From positions 2,071,544 to 2,135,543 of the forward strand of contig CAVUWY010000002.1 of assembly GCA_963745405.1 (NCBI GenBank): DNA of 64,000 nt. Direction: 5' to 3'. The position numbers were made by a program, and so were the translations under genes. Under the pieces are notes generated by a model. The model was not told the origin of the DNA and did not search any database. It saw only the letters and a list, made by a program, of their open reading frames with translations. Below, in pieces: positions 9,138 through 19,311 of the stretch (its first letter is position 1; each line of letters starts with the position of its first letter). The DNA comes from an uncultured Chloroflexia bacterium (GTDB lineage: Bacteria; Chloroflexota; Limnocylindria; Limnocylindrales; CSP1-4).

Positions 9138-10556
9138 GTGGCAGTCACCACCCCGTCGACCCGCGACGCAGTCCGAGACCGACGCGACGAGTTCGCCTTC
9201 CATGACGACATCGTCTACCTCAGCGAGACCAAGCGCGGCCTGACCCGCGAGACGGTCGAGGAGATCAGCGCGTTCAAGGACGAGCCGGAGTGGATGCTCA
9301 AGTTCCGGCTCCGGGCGTACGAGCACTTCCTCACCCGGCCGATGCCGCAGTGGGGCGGCGATCTCGGTCATATCGACCTCGACAAGATCGTCTACTACCG
9401 CAAGCCGTCCGAGCGCGAAGAGAAGTCGTGGGACGACGTGCCGGAGAAGATCAAGCAGACCTTCGAGCGGCTCGGCATCCCCGAGGCGGAGCGCAAGTTC
9501 CTGTCCGGCGTCGGCGCCCAGTACGACTCCGAGGTCGTCTACCACTCGGTCCGCGAGGAGCTGACCAAGATCGGCGTCGTCTTCATGGGCACCGACCAGG
9601 CGCTCAAGGAATATCCGGAGATCTTCCGCCGCACTTCGGCACGGTCGTCCCGCCGGAGGACAACAAGTTCGCCGCCCTCAACAGCGCGGTCTGGTCGGGC
9701 GGCTCGTTCGTCTACGTCCCCAAGGGCGTCGAGGTCCCGCTGCCGCTGCAGGCCTACTTCCGCATCAACGGCGAGAACACCGGCCAGTTCGAGCGGACGC
9801 TGATCGTCGTCGAGGAAGGCGCCAAGGTCCACTACATCGAGGGCTGCACGGCCCCGATCTACGCGACCGACTCGCTCCACGCCGCGGTCGTCGAGGTCAT
9901 CGCCCTGCCGGGCTCGCAAGGTCCGCTACACGACCATCCAGAACTGGTCGAACGACGTCTACAACCTCGTCACCAAGCGGGCCCACGCGCACGAGAACTC
10001 GACGGTCGAGTGGATCGACGCGAACACCGGCTCCCGCCTGACGATGAAGTACCCGAGCATCTACCTTCGCGGCGAGAACGCGACGGCCGACATCATCTCG
10101 GTCGCGGTCGCCGGCCGGGGCCAGCACCAGGACACCGGCGCCAAGGCGATCCACCTGGCCAAGAACACCAAGAGCCGGATCGTCGTCGAAGTCGGTGTCA
10201 AAGGACGGCGGCCGAGCGACCTACCGCGGCCAGCTCAAGGTCGTCGCCGGGCGCGACCGGTGTCGTGGCCAGCGTTCGCTGCGACGCGCTCATGCTCGAC
10301 GACCAGAGCCGCAGTGACACGTACCCCTACATCGACATCCAGGAAGACGACACGACGATGACCCACGAGGCGACCGTCGGGCAAGATCAGCGCCGAGCAG
10401 GTCTTCTACCTGATGAGCCGCGGCCTGACCGAGAACGAGGCCCAGAACCTCATCGTCCAGGGCTTCCTCGAGGTCTTCACGAAGGAACTCCCGATGGAGT
10501 ACGCCATCGAGTTCAACCGCCTCGTGAAGCTCGAGATGGAGGGTTCTCTCGGGTGA
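9138..10556 (+). CDS. sufB: Fe-S cluster assembly protein SufB. It is intact only after correcting about 5 single-base indels near 9633, 9917, 10195, 10250 and 10383.
   Basis: N-terminus [11 protein letters not shown]...EYPEIFRR. Continuation is found in other frames ([33 protein letters not shown]..., [58 protein letters not shown]..., [100 protein letters not shown]). Confidence 0.85.
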
Positions 10557-12021
10557 CGTCGGCGACCGAGCCCGGCTCGGCCGAGGCCACGCCCGCGGAC
10601 CGTCGACGGCCGGCCCGCCGCGGCCCGGCGGATCTCCCCTTCGACTTCGACGTCGCCGAGCTGGCCCGGAACCTTTCGACCGAGCGGTCCGAGCCCGCCT
10701 GGCTCGCCGCCGAGCGGCTCGCCGCCGCGGCCGCCTACGACGCCCTGCCGATCGAGAAGAACCAGCTCTACACGACGTACATCGACCTGCGGCAGGCCGA
10801 CCTGTTCGGGGTCCGGCCGTACGTGCGGACCGCCGACGCGTCGACGGGCGCAGGCGCCACCGCCGCTGCCGCGGCCAGTCCCGCCGACGGTGACACCGAC
10901 GGACTCCTGTCGCTCCGCGAGGACGGCGTGGCGAGCCTGGAGCTGTCCGCCGCGGCGCGAGCGGCCGGCGTCACCCTCGAGACGTTCGGCGCGGCGCTCG
11001 AGCGCGACGAGGCCACGTTCCGTGGCGAGCTCGAGGGCGGCTCCTCGCTGCCCGGCCGACGACAAGCTCGCCCAGCTGACCCGGGCCTGCTGGAACCAGG
11101 GCTGTCCGGCTCGTCGTGCCCGCCGGAGTCCGCCTCGAGCGCCCCATCGTCATCCGCTGGGCGGCCGGTGTCCCCGATCGTGCCCTCATCACCAGGACCG
11201 TCGTCCGGCTCGGTGCCGGGGCGGCCGCCTCGCTCGTCGAGGAGCTCGTCCCGTCCGGCCCGCCCATCGAATGCGCGGAAGGCGAGCCCGTCCCCCAAAG
11301 CCTGTTCGCCGGCTCGCTCGAGATCGACCTCGCGCCAGGCGCGGACCTCGCCGTGGCGAGCATCCAGGACCTGCCGGCGGGCGTGACGGTCTTCGAGCAT
11401 CGCAACGGGGTCGTCGGCGAGGGAGCCTCGCTGCGCTGGGCCCTCGCCCAGCTCGGCGGTCGCATCGTCCGCAGCCGCGTCGACAACCGCCTCGAGGGCG
11501 ACCGGAGCACGGTCGAGCAGGTCGAGATCGTCTTCGGCTCCGACGAGCAGGTCGTCGACCTGACCTCGTATACCCGCCATCTCGGCCGCGACACGACCGG
11601 CAACCTCCTGTCGAAGGGCGCCCTCCTCGACGGAGCTCGGAGCTTCATGAAGGGCCTCATCGTCATCGACAAGAGCGCCGTCGGGACCGACAGCTTCCTC
11701 GGCGAGTTCGGGATGAACCTGTCGAGGCGGGCCCGGGCGGTCGCCATCCCGAGCCTCGAGATCGACCAGCCCGACTGCCGCCGGGCCGCCCATTCGTCCT
11801 CGGTCGGGCCGATCGACGAGACCCAGCTCTTCTACCTCGAGAGCCGCGGCATCCCGCCGGACGATGCCCGCAAGTTCATCGTCCTGGGCTTCCTCGAGCC
11901 GGTCGTCGCGCGCGTCCCGCTGGCCTCCGCCCAGGATCGCCTGCGCGAGCTGCTCGAGGAGAAGTGGGCGGCCTCGTCGATGGCCGGACAGGGGGTCGAG
12001 GCCGGCTCTTCCGCCGCGTGA
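10553..12021 (+). CDS. sufD: Fe-S cluster assembly protein SufD, with frameshifts near 11053 and 11095
   Basis: GTGA overlap with sufB. N-terminal frame VTSATEPGS...FRGELEGGS, an intermediate frame [17 protein letters not shown], and a C-terminal frame [22 protein letters not shown]...[21 protein letters not shown]. Confidence 0.8.
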
Positions 12022-12355
12022 CCCGCCGGGTCGACCTCCTCGGGCTCGATGAGGTGCCGGACGGCACGATGAAGATGGCCTGGGTCGACGGCACGGACCA
12101 GGTGGTGGTCATCAACGTCGACGGCATCATCCGGGCCTACCAGGGCATCTGCAGCCACGAGTACTTCGAGCTCGACAAGGGCTTCCTGACGGCCGGCTCC
12201 TCACCTGCGCCCTCCATCTGAGCCGCTTCGATCTCGCGACCGGCGACGCCCTCGATCCGCCCGCTGAGCTGCCGCTCGCGATGTACGAGGTCGTGGTCGA
12301 CGGCGGCCGGATCGCGATCGACATCCCCGACGGGCCGCTCAACGTCAACGAGTAA
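12018..12355 (+). CDS. Rieske [2Fe-2S] domain protein of the suf operon (as in the Streptomyces/Corynebacterium sufBD-Rieske arrangement), with a frameshift near 12195
   Basis: GTGA overlap with sufD. ...MKMAWVDGTDQVVVINVDGIIRAYQGICSHEYFELDKGFL continues in another frame as DGRLLTCALHLSRFDLATGDALDPPAELPLAMYEVVVDGGRIAIDIPDGPLNVNE (CxH...CxxH Rieske ligands). Confidence 0.7.
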
Positions 12356-12425
12356 CCGCGTTCGGCCGACGATGCGCGGCGGCGCCCGGGCCTCGCCGGC
12401 GCTATCGCACGCGCCTCAGCGTCCC

Positions 12426-12920
12426 TCAGCGCGCCTCGGCGTGACCGACGCCCTCGCCCTCGTGCCACCAGCGGATATCAAGGCGGTCGCCATCCGAGCG
12501 GACGATCGATATGTCGAGGACATCGGCGCGGAACAGCGGAAAGGGACCGTCCGGCGGTTCCTCGCCGGTGGCCGCAACGAAGGCGTCGCAGAAGCTCGCC
12601 ACCGTCAGGTCGTCGTCGACGGGCGTCGCATGTCCTGACAGCTTGGCGTCACCGGCAGCGAGGTCCTTGTCTATCGTCGCGCAGTGGAGCGCGAAGCGCG
12701 GGTCGGCGAGGAGGTCGAGTGCCTTCCGCGAGCCGGGCAGCATCGGGAGCCACAGGTCGCCGAGTGCGAACAGCGGCACGGTACCGCTGATCCTCGGCGA
12801 CCCATCCCGATGAAGGGTGGCGAGCAGTCCGAATCCATGGGATTCGAACCGCGCTCGGACCGACCCCGCGAGCTCCGGTTCGGCCGCCTCGATCTCCGCC
12901 CACGTCGACACGGTCCCCAT
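12426..12920 (-). CDS. pyridoxamine 5'-phosphate oxidase (PPOX) family / FMN-binding split-barrel protein
   Basis: Start ATG at 12920 (MGTVSTWAEIEAAEPELAGSVRARFESHGFGLLATL...). Typical PPOX-fold length (164 aa) and pattern. Confidence 0.55.
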   Translation of the reverse strand: MGTVSTWAEIEAAEPELAGSVRARFESHGFGLLATLHRDGSPRISGTVPLFALGDLWLPMLPGSRKALDLLADPRFALHCATIDKDLAAGDAKLSGHATPVDDDLTVASFCDAFVAATGEEPPDGPFPLFRADVLDISIVRSDGDRLDIRWWHEGEGVGHAEAR

Positions 12921-12981
12921 GGTAGGCCCGGAGGTCGAACCTGCCGTCGAACACGGCCCGCTCAGGGCGCGTATCCATCGC

Positions 12982-13578
12982 CTACCAACGCTCCCAGCGG
13001 GCGAATTCCGCATTTGGGCGCCAGCCGCGCTTGAGCGATGGTGAGCGCACGTCGGGGAGCGGGTGGCCGACGGGGATGACGCCGACCGGCGAGAAGTCGG
13101 CGGGGATGCCGAGGAGCTCGCGCATCGTGACGTAGCCAGCGGCATCGGCACCGGCGAACCCCGCAGCCAGGCCCTGATCGACCGCCGCGAGGAGGACGAG
13201 CATCACTGTGCAGCCGACGTCCATCCACCAGTACGGGACCGGCCACTCGATCTCGTTGCCCTCGTCGTCGACCTTGTCGGCCTCGCGATAGCGAGCGTGG
13301 TAGACCTCTTCGCTCACGCAGGGGATGAAGAGGGCCGCGCACCGGCTGATCCAGCGGTCCCAGCCGGCCTCGACGTACTCGTCCTCGCCGCAGAGGATCG
13401 CGAGGCGCCGGCGCATGTCCGGATCCGTGACGACGAGGAGGCGCTGGCCCTGGCTGAAGCCCGCGCTCGGCGCCCGCTGGGCGGTCACGGCGATGCGTTC
13501 GAGGACGGCCCGGTCGACCGCCTCGTCGGAGAAGTGGCGGACCATCCGCCGCTTCCGGACCACGTCAGAGAACTCCAC
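12982..13578 (-). CDS. nitroreductase family protein
   Basis: GTG start preceded by GGAGG. VEFSDVVRKRRMVRHFSDEAVDRAVLERIAVTAQRAPSAGFSQGQRLLVV is the nitroreductase N-terminal signature. Confidence 0.75.
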   Translation of the reverse strand: MEFSDVVRKRRMVRHFSDEAVDRAVLERIAVTAQRAPSAGFSQGQRLLVVTDPDMRRRLAILCGEDEYVEAGWDRWISRCAALFIPCVSEEVYHARYREADKVDDEGNEIEWPVPYWWMDVGCTVMLVLLAAVDQGLAAGFAGADAAGYVTMRELLGIPADFSPVGVIPVGHPLPDVRSPSLKRGWRPNAEFARWERW

Positions 13579-13597
13579 CTCGTGCCTCCGATCCCGC

Positions 13598-14785
13598 TCA
13601 GTAGCCCTGCCAGCGCGAGACGATCGAGTCGCCGCCCGTCCGCACGCCCGCCTGGGAGATGCGCGGCCGCTCGATGCCGAAGCGCTCCTCGCCCGGGCCG
13701 AGCGGCGCGCCGTCGATCCGCTTGACGACATACTCGCCGATGACCGGGCCGTGCTTGAAGCCGTGCCCCGAGCCGCCGCCGACGAGCCAGACGTTGTCGA
13801 AGTCGGGATGGCGGTCGATGACGAAGTTCGTGTCGGGCGTCGTCTCGTACTGGCAGACGCGGGTCTCGACGATCGGCTGGCCGGCCAGGTCGGGGAAACG
13901 GCTCTCGACGTAGGCGCGGGTGAGCCGGGTCGACTCCGGATCGACCAGCCGGTCGCCGCGCGACGGATCGAATACCGGCCCGTACCGATCCGGCGCGGCC
14001 TTGAGCCCTCGGCCCTGGAAAGCCGGGATGCCGTACATCGCGGCGTCGTAGTCGACGAAGCACGGCGTCCACTCGGCGGCGAATCGCCCGTCACCAGCCG
14101 GCGGGCCGAAGAAGAAGACGTCCTGCTTCGTCACCCGGATGAGATCGCCGAGGACCTCCGGGAAGAGCCGCGGCAGCCACGGTCCGCAGGCGAAGACGAA
14201 TTCCTGCGCCGATTGGGTGGTTCCGTCGGCGCTGACGACCGACCGGAGGCGACGTCCCTCGCGACGCCCTGGCCGCGCGGTCGCCAGTTCGAACCGACCG
14301 CCCTCGCCGGCGAAGGCCTCGGCGACCATCGCCACGCCCCGTCGGGCGAGGAGCAGTCCCGCCTCGGGCTCGTGGAGGGCGAAGGCGATGTCGTCGACGG
14401 ACATGTGGGGCCATCGTTCCGTGACTTCCGCCGGGCTGAGGCGGTCGACCGGGATGCCCTCCGCCCGGAGGGTCGATTCCGAGGCGGCCTCGAAGCCGTC
14501 GCTGCGGCCGGCGAACCAGAGGCAACCGGCCTCATTGAACAGCGGCTCGCCCCATTCCTCGCCGGCCGCCTTCCACAGGGCGAGCGCCCGCCGCGACCAG
14601 CGGGTGTAGAAGACGTCGGCGCCGTGCGAGGCCCGGATGATCCGCGTCTCGTCGCCGGACGTGGCTCGCGGATGGCCGGCGCCGTAGGCATCGATGAGGG
14701 TGACCTCCCGCCCCGACCGACGGGCCCAGAGCGCGGTCCAGGCGCCCATCGTGCCGGCTCCGACGACGACGAGATCGGCTCTCAT
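13598..14785 (-). CDS. FAD-dependent oxidoreductase (DAO family; sarcosine oxidase beta / glycine-D-amino-acid oxidase-like)
   Basis: MRADLVVVGAGTMGAWTALW is a dinucleotide-binding motif. 395 aa. Confidence 0.8.
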   Translation of the reverse strand: MRADLVVVGAGTMGAWTALWARRSGREVTLIDAYGAGHPRATSGDETRIIRASHGADVFYTRWSRRALALWKAAGEEWGEPLFNEAGCLWFAGRSDGFEAASESTLRAEGIPVDRLSPAEVTERWPHMSVDDIAFALHEPEAGLLLARRGVAMVAEAFAGEGGRFELATARPGRREGRRLRSVVSADGTTQSAQEFVFACGPWLPRLFPEVLGDLIRVTKQDVFFFGPPAGDGRFAAEWTPCFVDYDAAMYGIPAFQGRGLKAAPDRYGPVFDPSRGDRLVDPESTRLTRAYVESRFPDLAGQPIVETRVCQYETTPDTNFVIDRHPDFDNVWLVGGGSGHGFKHGPVIGEYVVKRIDGAPLGPGEERFGIERPRISQAGVRTGGDSIVSRWQGY

Positions 14786-14804
14786 CGCGGTGACGTGCCC
14801 GCAC

Positions 14805-15848
14805 TCATCGGGGCAGGAGCGTCCCGCGCCCGGCCCGCTCGGCGGCGACCAGGATCGCGCCGCCGAAGATGACGTCGGCCAGGCCGACGCCGAGGTGGGA
14901 GACGACGACCCGGCCCGGCGGCCGCGGCGTCCCGGCGATGAGCGCCTCTCCGAGGGTCGCCGTCGGATCGGGGTAGTCGTCGAAGTTGCCGACGTCGCGG
15001 TTGGCGAGGAACTGCGGCCGGTCGTCGACGAGGAAGAGGGCGGCCTCGGTCGCCAGGCGGGCGGAGACATACGTCGCGTAGTCGACGGCCACGACGAGCG
15101 TCTCCGGCCCGATCCAGTCGGGCGTCATGACCTGGCGGACCGGCCCGAACGCGGCGACGGTCACGACGACGTCGGCGTCGTCTATGGCGGCCCGGGCGCT
15201 GCCTGCCGCCGCGGCGTCGCTCACCCCGGCGGTCGAGGCGGCTCTCGCGGCGACCTCCTCGGCCCGGTCTGGCTGATTGTCGAAGACGGTCAGCGTCAGG
15301 CCCGGGAGCACGTGGCCGAGGACCGGCAGGTGACTCCGCGCCTGGGCGCCCGCGCCGATGAGGGCGACCCGTATCGGGCGACCTGTCACCGCCGGCGCGA
15401 AGGCTCGGATGGCGACCCCGCTCACGGCCGCCGTCCGCTGGGCGGTGATCGGTCCGCCGTCGAGGATCGCCGTCGCGAGTCCGGTCGCCGGGTCGTTGAG
15501 GACGACGAGGGCGGCGATCGACGGCAGGCCGCGCTCGACGTTGTCGGGAAAGCCGGTGACCCACTTGATGCCCAGCCCATCGCCGGCTCCCGTGCCCGCC
15601 GCAGCGACACCCGCCGGGGCCCCGGTCTCGGCGCCCGAACCGCGAAGGAAGGCCGGCATCGCGTGGGCGAACGATCCCGTCGGTCGCGGGTGGACGGCGA
15701 TCTTCGGCGGCATGTCGGCATCGGCCACGAGCGCTCGCATCGTCCGTTCGGCAAGCGCGAGCCGCTCGTCGATCGGCGGCATGCACGCCTCGACGTCCTC
15801 GGCCGACAGGTAGCGGAGGGGCGGCAGCGTGGAGGACACGGCGGGCAC
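14805..15848 (-). CDS. ornithine cyclodeaminase / mu-crystallin family protein
   Basis: 347 aa with a Rossmann motif (RVALIGAGAQARSHL) and overall OCD-family pattern. It is adjacent to and co-oriented with the FAD oxidoreductase. Confidence 0.8.
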   Translation of the reverse strand: MPAVSSTLPPLRYLSAEDVEACMPPIDERLALAERTMRALVADADMPPKIAVHPRPTGSFAHAMPAFLRGSGAETGAPAGVAAAGTGAGDGLGIKWVTGFPDNVERGLPSIAALVVLNDPATGLATAILDGGPITAQRTAAVSGVAIRAFAPAVTGRPIRVALIGAGAQARSHLPVLGHVLPGLTLTVFDNQPDRAEEVAARAASTAGVSDAAAAGSARAAIDDADVVVTVAAFGPVRQVMTPDWIGPETLVVAVDYATYVSARLATEAALFLVDDRPQFLANRDVGNFDDYPDPTATLGEALIAGTPRPPGRVVVSHLGVGLADVIFGGAILVAAERAGRGTLLPR

Positions 15849-15948
15849 GCCCGGATTGTGACCGACGGGCCGTTCGACCGTTGCTCACACGGAGCGACTC
15901 GGCGGTACGATTCGCTCGACCATCACCGTCCCGAACCAGCCTGGGTCC

Positions 15949-17122
15949 ATGCCCGTCAGCGACGTCCAGCAGAGCCTCGACAACCTCAAGCTCGAGCGCG
16001 ACGCCATCGTCCTCTACGACGCCCTCGCGTCGATCGAGAAGGACGAGCGTCGTTCCGGCGCATTCCGCACGATCGCCGGAAACGAGCGTCGTCACGCCGA
16101 CATCTGGGCCGGCAAGCTGCGCGAGCAGGGCGCCGAGGTCCCGCCGCCAGGCGCGCCTCGAGGCCGGATCCGGCTGATCATCCTCCTCGCTCGCGTGTTC
16201 GGGACCCGGGCGGTGTCCGACCTCGTCCAGGCCCTCGAGGGCGACGAGGAGAACCTCTATGACACCCAGTCCTCGCCCGAGGTCGCCTCGATCGCGGCCG
16301 ACGAGCGGGAGCACGCCGAGATCTGGCGGCGACTCGAAGGTCAGACGGCTGGGGCCGGCGCTCCGCGGATCGCCGGCGCTCCCAGTGCGGCGACGGTCGG
16401 TGCCCACCCGGCTGGCTCGGACGGTCGGGCCGAACGGTGGCATCGGACCGGCCAGTCGGGCACCCTCCGGGCCGTCATCTTCGGAGTGAGCGACGGCCTC
16501 GTGAGCAACCTGTCGCTGATCATGGGCGTGGCCGGCGCGGGCGCCGACCCCCATTTCATCCTCCTGTCCGGTATCGCGGGGCTCCTCGCCGGCTCGTTCA
16601 GCATGGCCGCCGGCGAGTACATCTCGATGCAGAGCCAGCGCGAGCTCTACGAGCGCCAGATCTCCCTCGAGCGGGCCGAGCTCGAGGCGATGCCCGAGGA
16701 GGAGGAAGCCGAGCTGGCGACGATCTACCGCTCGAAGGGGTTCTCGCAGGCCGAGGCCCGGACCATCGCCCACCGCATCTTCCAGGATCCCGACAGCCGC
16801 CCTCGACACGCTCATCCGCGAGGAGCTCGGGCTCGATCCGGACCAGCTCGGCTCGCCGCTCGGCGCGGCCGGCGGGTCGTTCCTCGCCTTCGCCGGCGGA
16901 GCCGTCGTGCCGCTGATCCCGTACCTGTTCGGTGGCGGCGACCTCGCCTTCCGGGTCAGCCTCATCGCGAGCCTGGCCGTCCTCTTCCTCGTCGGGGCCG
17001 GCGTCAGCCTGCTCACCGGCCGGGGGATGCTCTTCTCCGGCCTTCGCCAGGTGGCCCTCGGGGCGGCCGCGGCCGCCGTCACCTACGGCGTCGGGGTCAT
17101 CATCGGGGTGACCGTCGCGTGA
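15949..17122 (+). CDS. ferritin-like (rubrerythrin/DUF125-type) N-terminal domain fused to a VIT1/CCC1 family membrane domain, with a frameshift near 16792
   Basis: N-terminus ...ERDAIVLYDALASIEKDERRSGAFRTIAGNERRHADIWAG... followed by the VIT1 part FGVSDGLVSNLSLIMGVAGAG...AAGEYISMQSQRE. The C-terminal TM helices are recovered in another frame (TAALDTLIREELGLDPDQLGSPLGAAGGSFLAFAGGAVVPLIPYLFGG...GVIIGVTVA). Confidence 0.75.
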
Positions 17123-17388
17123 TCAGGCGCGCGTCGCCGGCTCGCCTGCTCGGTGTGGCCCTGCTCATGGGCGCGATCGTCGTCGGGATCCTCATCGTCA
17201 TCCTCCACAGCCCGATCATCGCCGCGATCGTCGGGGGTGCCCTGTTCGGCGCGCTGTTCCTCTTCATCGCGACGGGGCTGGGCGGCGATCCGGAGGCGGC
17301 CGATGCGGCCTGGCGGGCCGAGGCGCCCGACCTCGCGTCACCGGTCCCCCGCCCGATCCCGCTCGACCGCGAGGATGGCGAGGGTTGA
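17119..17388 (+). CDS. hypothetical small membrane protein (two predicted TM helices)
   Basis: GTGA overlap with the upstream gene. LLGVALLMGAIVVGILIVILHSPIIAAIVGGALFGALFLFIATGL. No recognisable family. Confidence 0.4.
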   Translation: MIRRASPARLLGVALLMGAIVVGILIVILHSPIIAAIVGGALFGALFLFIATGLGGDPEAADAAWRAEAPDLASPVPRPIPLDREDGEG

Positions 17389-17401
17389 GCGAGGACGACG
17401 A

Positions 17402-17722
17402 GTGAGCGAGTACGACCTTCGGCGACGGCTCGCCGCCGAAGGGCTCTCGGCGGGATCCTGGTCGAACGGGCCGGGCGACCGCTACTCGGTCCACGAGCAC
17501 GGCTACGACAAGGCGCTCGTCGTGGCGGCCGGGTCGGTCGCCTTCGGGCTCCACGCGGAGGATCGCCGGGTCGACCTCGGGGTCGGCGACCGGCTCGACC
17601 TGCCGGCCGGGACGGCCCACGACGCCCTCGTCGGGCCGGACGGCGTGACCTGCCTCGAGGCGCATGCGCCGGCCGGGACGTTCGGCGCGGATCCGGTCAG
17701 GCGGGCCGCCGGCTCCTGGTGA
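17402..17722 (+). CDS. cupin domain protein
   Basis: 106 aa with cupin motif 1 (YSVHEHGYDKALVVAAG) and motif 2 (LDLPAGTAHDALVGPDG). Confidence 0.6.
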   Translation: MSEYDLRRRLAAEGLSAGSWSNGPGDRYSVHEHGYDKALVVAAGSVAFGLHAEDRRVDLGVGDRLDLPAGTAHDALVGPDGVTCLEAHAPAGTFGADPVRRAAGSW

Positions 17723-17802
17723 TCCGGGCGGCCGACGCCGTCGGCGAGGCCTTCATCCCGGACGCCACCCGCTCGTGGGCGGACGGGTCCCGGACATGAA
17801 TC

Positions 17803-17867
17803 GAGGCCCCGGGGAGTACCGGGGCCTCGTGGGGTAGGCTATGGCGCCGCGGGCTCGCGGCCCGCGG
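17803..17867. terminator. two GC-rich hairpins (GAGGCCCCGG-ggagta-CCGGGGCCTC and CCGCGGGC-tcgcg-GCCCGCGG) between convergent genes, likely bidirectional intrinsic terminators
   Basis: Perfect 10-bp and 8-bp inverted repeats read from the sequence. A U-tract is lacking, as is common in high-GC actinobacteria. Confidence 0.5.
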
Positions 17868-17870
17868 GTC

Positions 17871-18005
17871 TTACCGGCGTCCGAGCTTGACCCAGGTCGA
17901 GACGTACTGGGTCGAGTCGCTTGGCTCACGACTATCCTCGGAGCCCAGCAGGATGCTGATCACTGAGAACAGCGCGAGGCCGGCGATCGCGATGACGAGC
18001 AACAT
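17871..18005 (-). CDS. hypothetical 44-aa membrane peptide
   Basis: GGAGGA ribosome-binding site 6 nt upstream of ATG. MLLVIAIAGLALFSVISILLG is a single TM helix. Confidence 0.4.
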   Translation of the reverse strand: MLLVIAIAGLALFSVISILLGSEDSREPSDSTQYVSTWVKLGRR

Positions 18006-18147
18006 GATCGGTTCCTCCGCTGCGTGGACGCCGTCAGGCGTGCCGCCTCGCCGCTTGGTGCGACGGGCCGACGTCCAGTGCCGTTGCACAGAATAACCTA
18101 ACGTATGATGGCTGTCCAGAGCATTGCGCCTAACGAAGTGGTAGGGG

Positions 18148-18639
18148 ATGGCGAGTAGTACTCGTATCGGTTCGACCGATGCTCGGATCCTCGAAGTCCT
18201 CCAGCGGGACGGACGACGTCCGTACGCCGATCTCGGCGCCGACGTCGGCATCAGCGGGCCGTCCGTCCACGAGCGGGTCAAGAAGCTCGAGGCGCGCGGC
18301 GTCATCCAGGGCTACGCCGCCCGGGTCGACCCGAACGCGGCCGGCCTCGTCATCCTCGCCTTCTGCTGGGTCACCCAGGCGCCGGGCACGACGGCGACCG
18401 ACCTGGCCGGCGACTTCGCCCCGATCTCGGAGATCGAGGAGTGCCACCACATCGCCGGCGAGGCCGACTACCTCCTCAAGGTCCGCGCCCGCGACACGAT
18501 CGACCTCGAACGGGTCCTCCGCCGCATCCAGGCCGTCCCCCATGTCTTCACGACCGAGACCGACGTGGTCCTCTCCACGGCGTTCGAACGGCGGCCGGTC
18601 CGCTTCCCCGTCGAAACCGACGGGGCCGCTGAGGCGTAA
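18148..18639 (+). CDS. Lrp/AsnC family transcriptional regulator
   Basis: N-terminal HTH (ARILEVLQRDGRRPYADLGADVGISGPSVHERVKKLE) plus a C-terminal RAM domain. An AT-richer upstream region lies at 18080-18140. Confidence 0.85.
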   Translation: MASSTRIGSTDARILEVLQRDGRRPYADLGADVGISGPSVHERVKKLEARGVIQGYAARVDPNAAGLVILAFCWVTQAPGTTATDLAGDFAPISEIEECHHIAGEADYLLKVRARDTIDLERVLRRIQAVPHVFTTETDVVLSTAFERRPVRFPVETDGAAEA

Positions 18640-18642
18640 GCG

Positions 18643-19311
18643 ATGGATGGGAAGGGCGTGACCACGGACGACGCCGTGCTCGTACGTGCGGTCGCGGCCG
18701 GTTCTCAGGATGCCCTGGCGGCCCTCTACGACCGGCATGCGCGCGCCGTCTACGCGGCGGCCAGCCGATTGACCGCCGATCGCCAGGTCGCCGAAGAAGT
18801 GGTACAGGAGACGTTTCTCGCGTTGTGGAACAGGGCAGCGACCTACGATCCGGGGACGGGGTCGCTTCCGGCATGGCTGCACACGATCGCCCGCAACCGG
18901 ACCGTCGATCGCCTGCGGGCCATCGGGCGGCGGCCGCGGCTCGTGTCGGCCGGTTCGCTGCGCCCGGGTGACGAGCCGGAGTCGATCGCCCTCGAGCGGC
19001 TCGCCGCGTCCGGCGTGGTCGTCGCCGGCGGCGACGTCGCCCTCGGACCGGAGAGCGAGCTCGTAAGCGCCGAGTTGCGGGCGACCCTCCGCGACGCCCT
19101 GGCCGAGATGCCCGAGACGGAACGAACGGTGATCGTCCTCGCCTATCGCGACGAGTTGAGCCAGTCCGAGATCGCCGACCGGCTCGGCTGGCCGCTCGGC
19201 ACGGTCAAGACCCGGACCCGCCGGGCCCTGTTCCGGCTGCGCGCGCTCCTCGCCGACAAGCTCGGTCCGGAGCTGGCCCCGGTCGCCCTTCCCGTCGAGG
19301 TCGGTGAGTGA
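18643..19311 (+). CDS. ECF sigma-70 family sigma factor
   Basis: Region 2 (VVQETFLALWNRAATYDP) and region 4 (LSQSEIADRLGWPLGTVKTRTRRAL). Confidence 0.85.
   Translation: MDGKGVTTDDAVLVRAVAAGSQDALAALYDRHARAVYAAASRLTADRQVAEEVVQETFLALWNRAATYDPGTGSLPAWLHTIARNRTVDRLRAIGRRPRLVSAGSLRPGDEPESIALERLAASGVVVAGGDVALGPESELVSAELRATLRDALAEMPETERTVIVLAYRDELSQSEIADRLGWPLGTVKTRTRRALFRLRALLADKLGPELAPVALPVEVGE

Noticed and set aside
14782-17082. 766-aa minus-strand ORF, plus many other 100-500 aa ORFs in alternative frames (for example 480-1523, 2482-3672, 10768-11793, 19143-20282, 24263-25819, 47830-49377, 51222-53000, 62178-63581)
   Set aside because: They are Arg/Pro/Gly-rich with no family resemblance, and they are antisense or out of frame to well-supported genes. 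Such long open frames are expected at about 72% GC.
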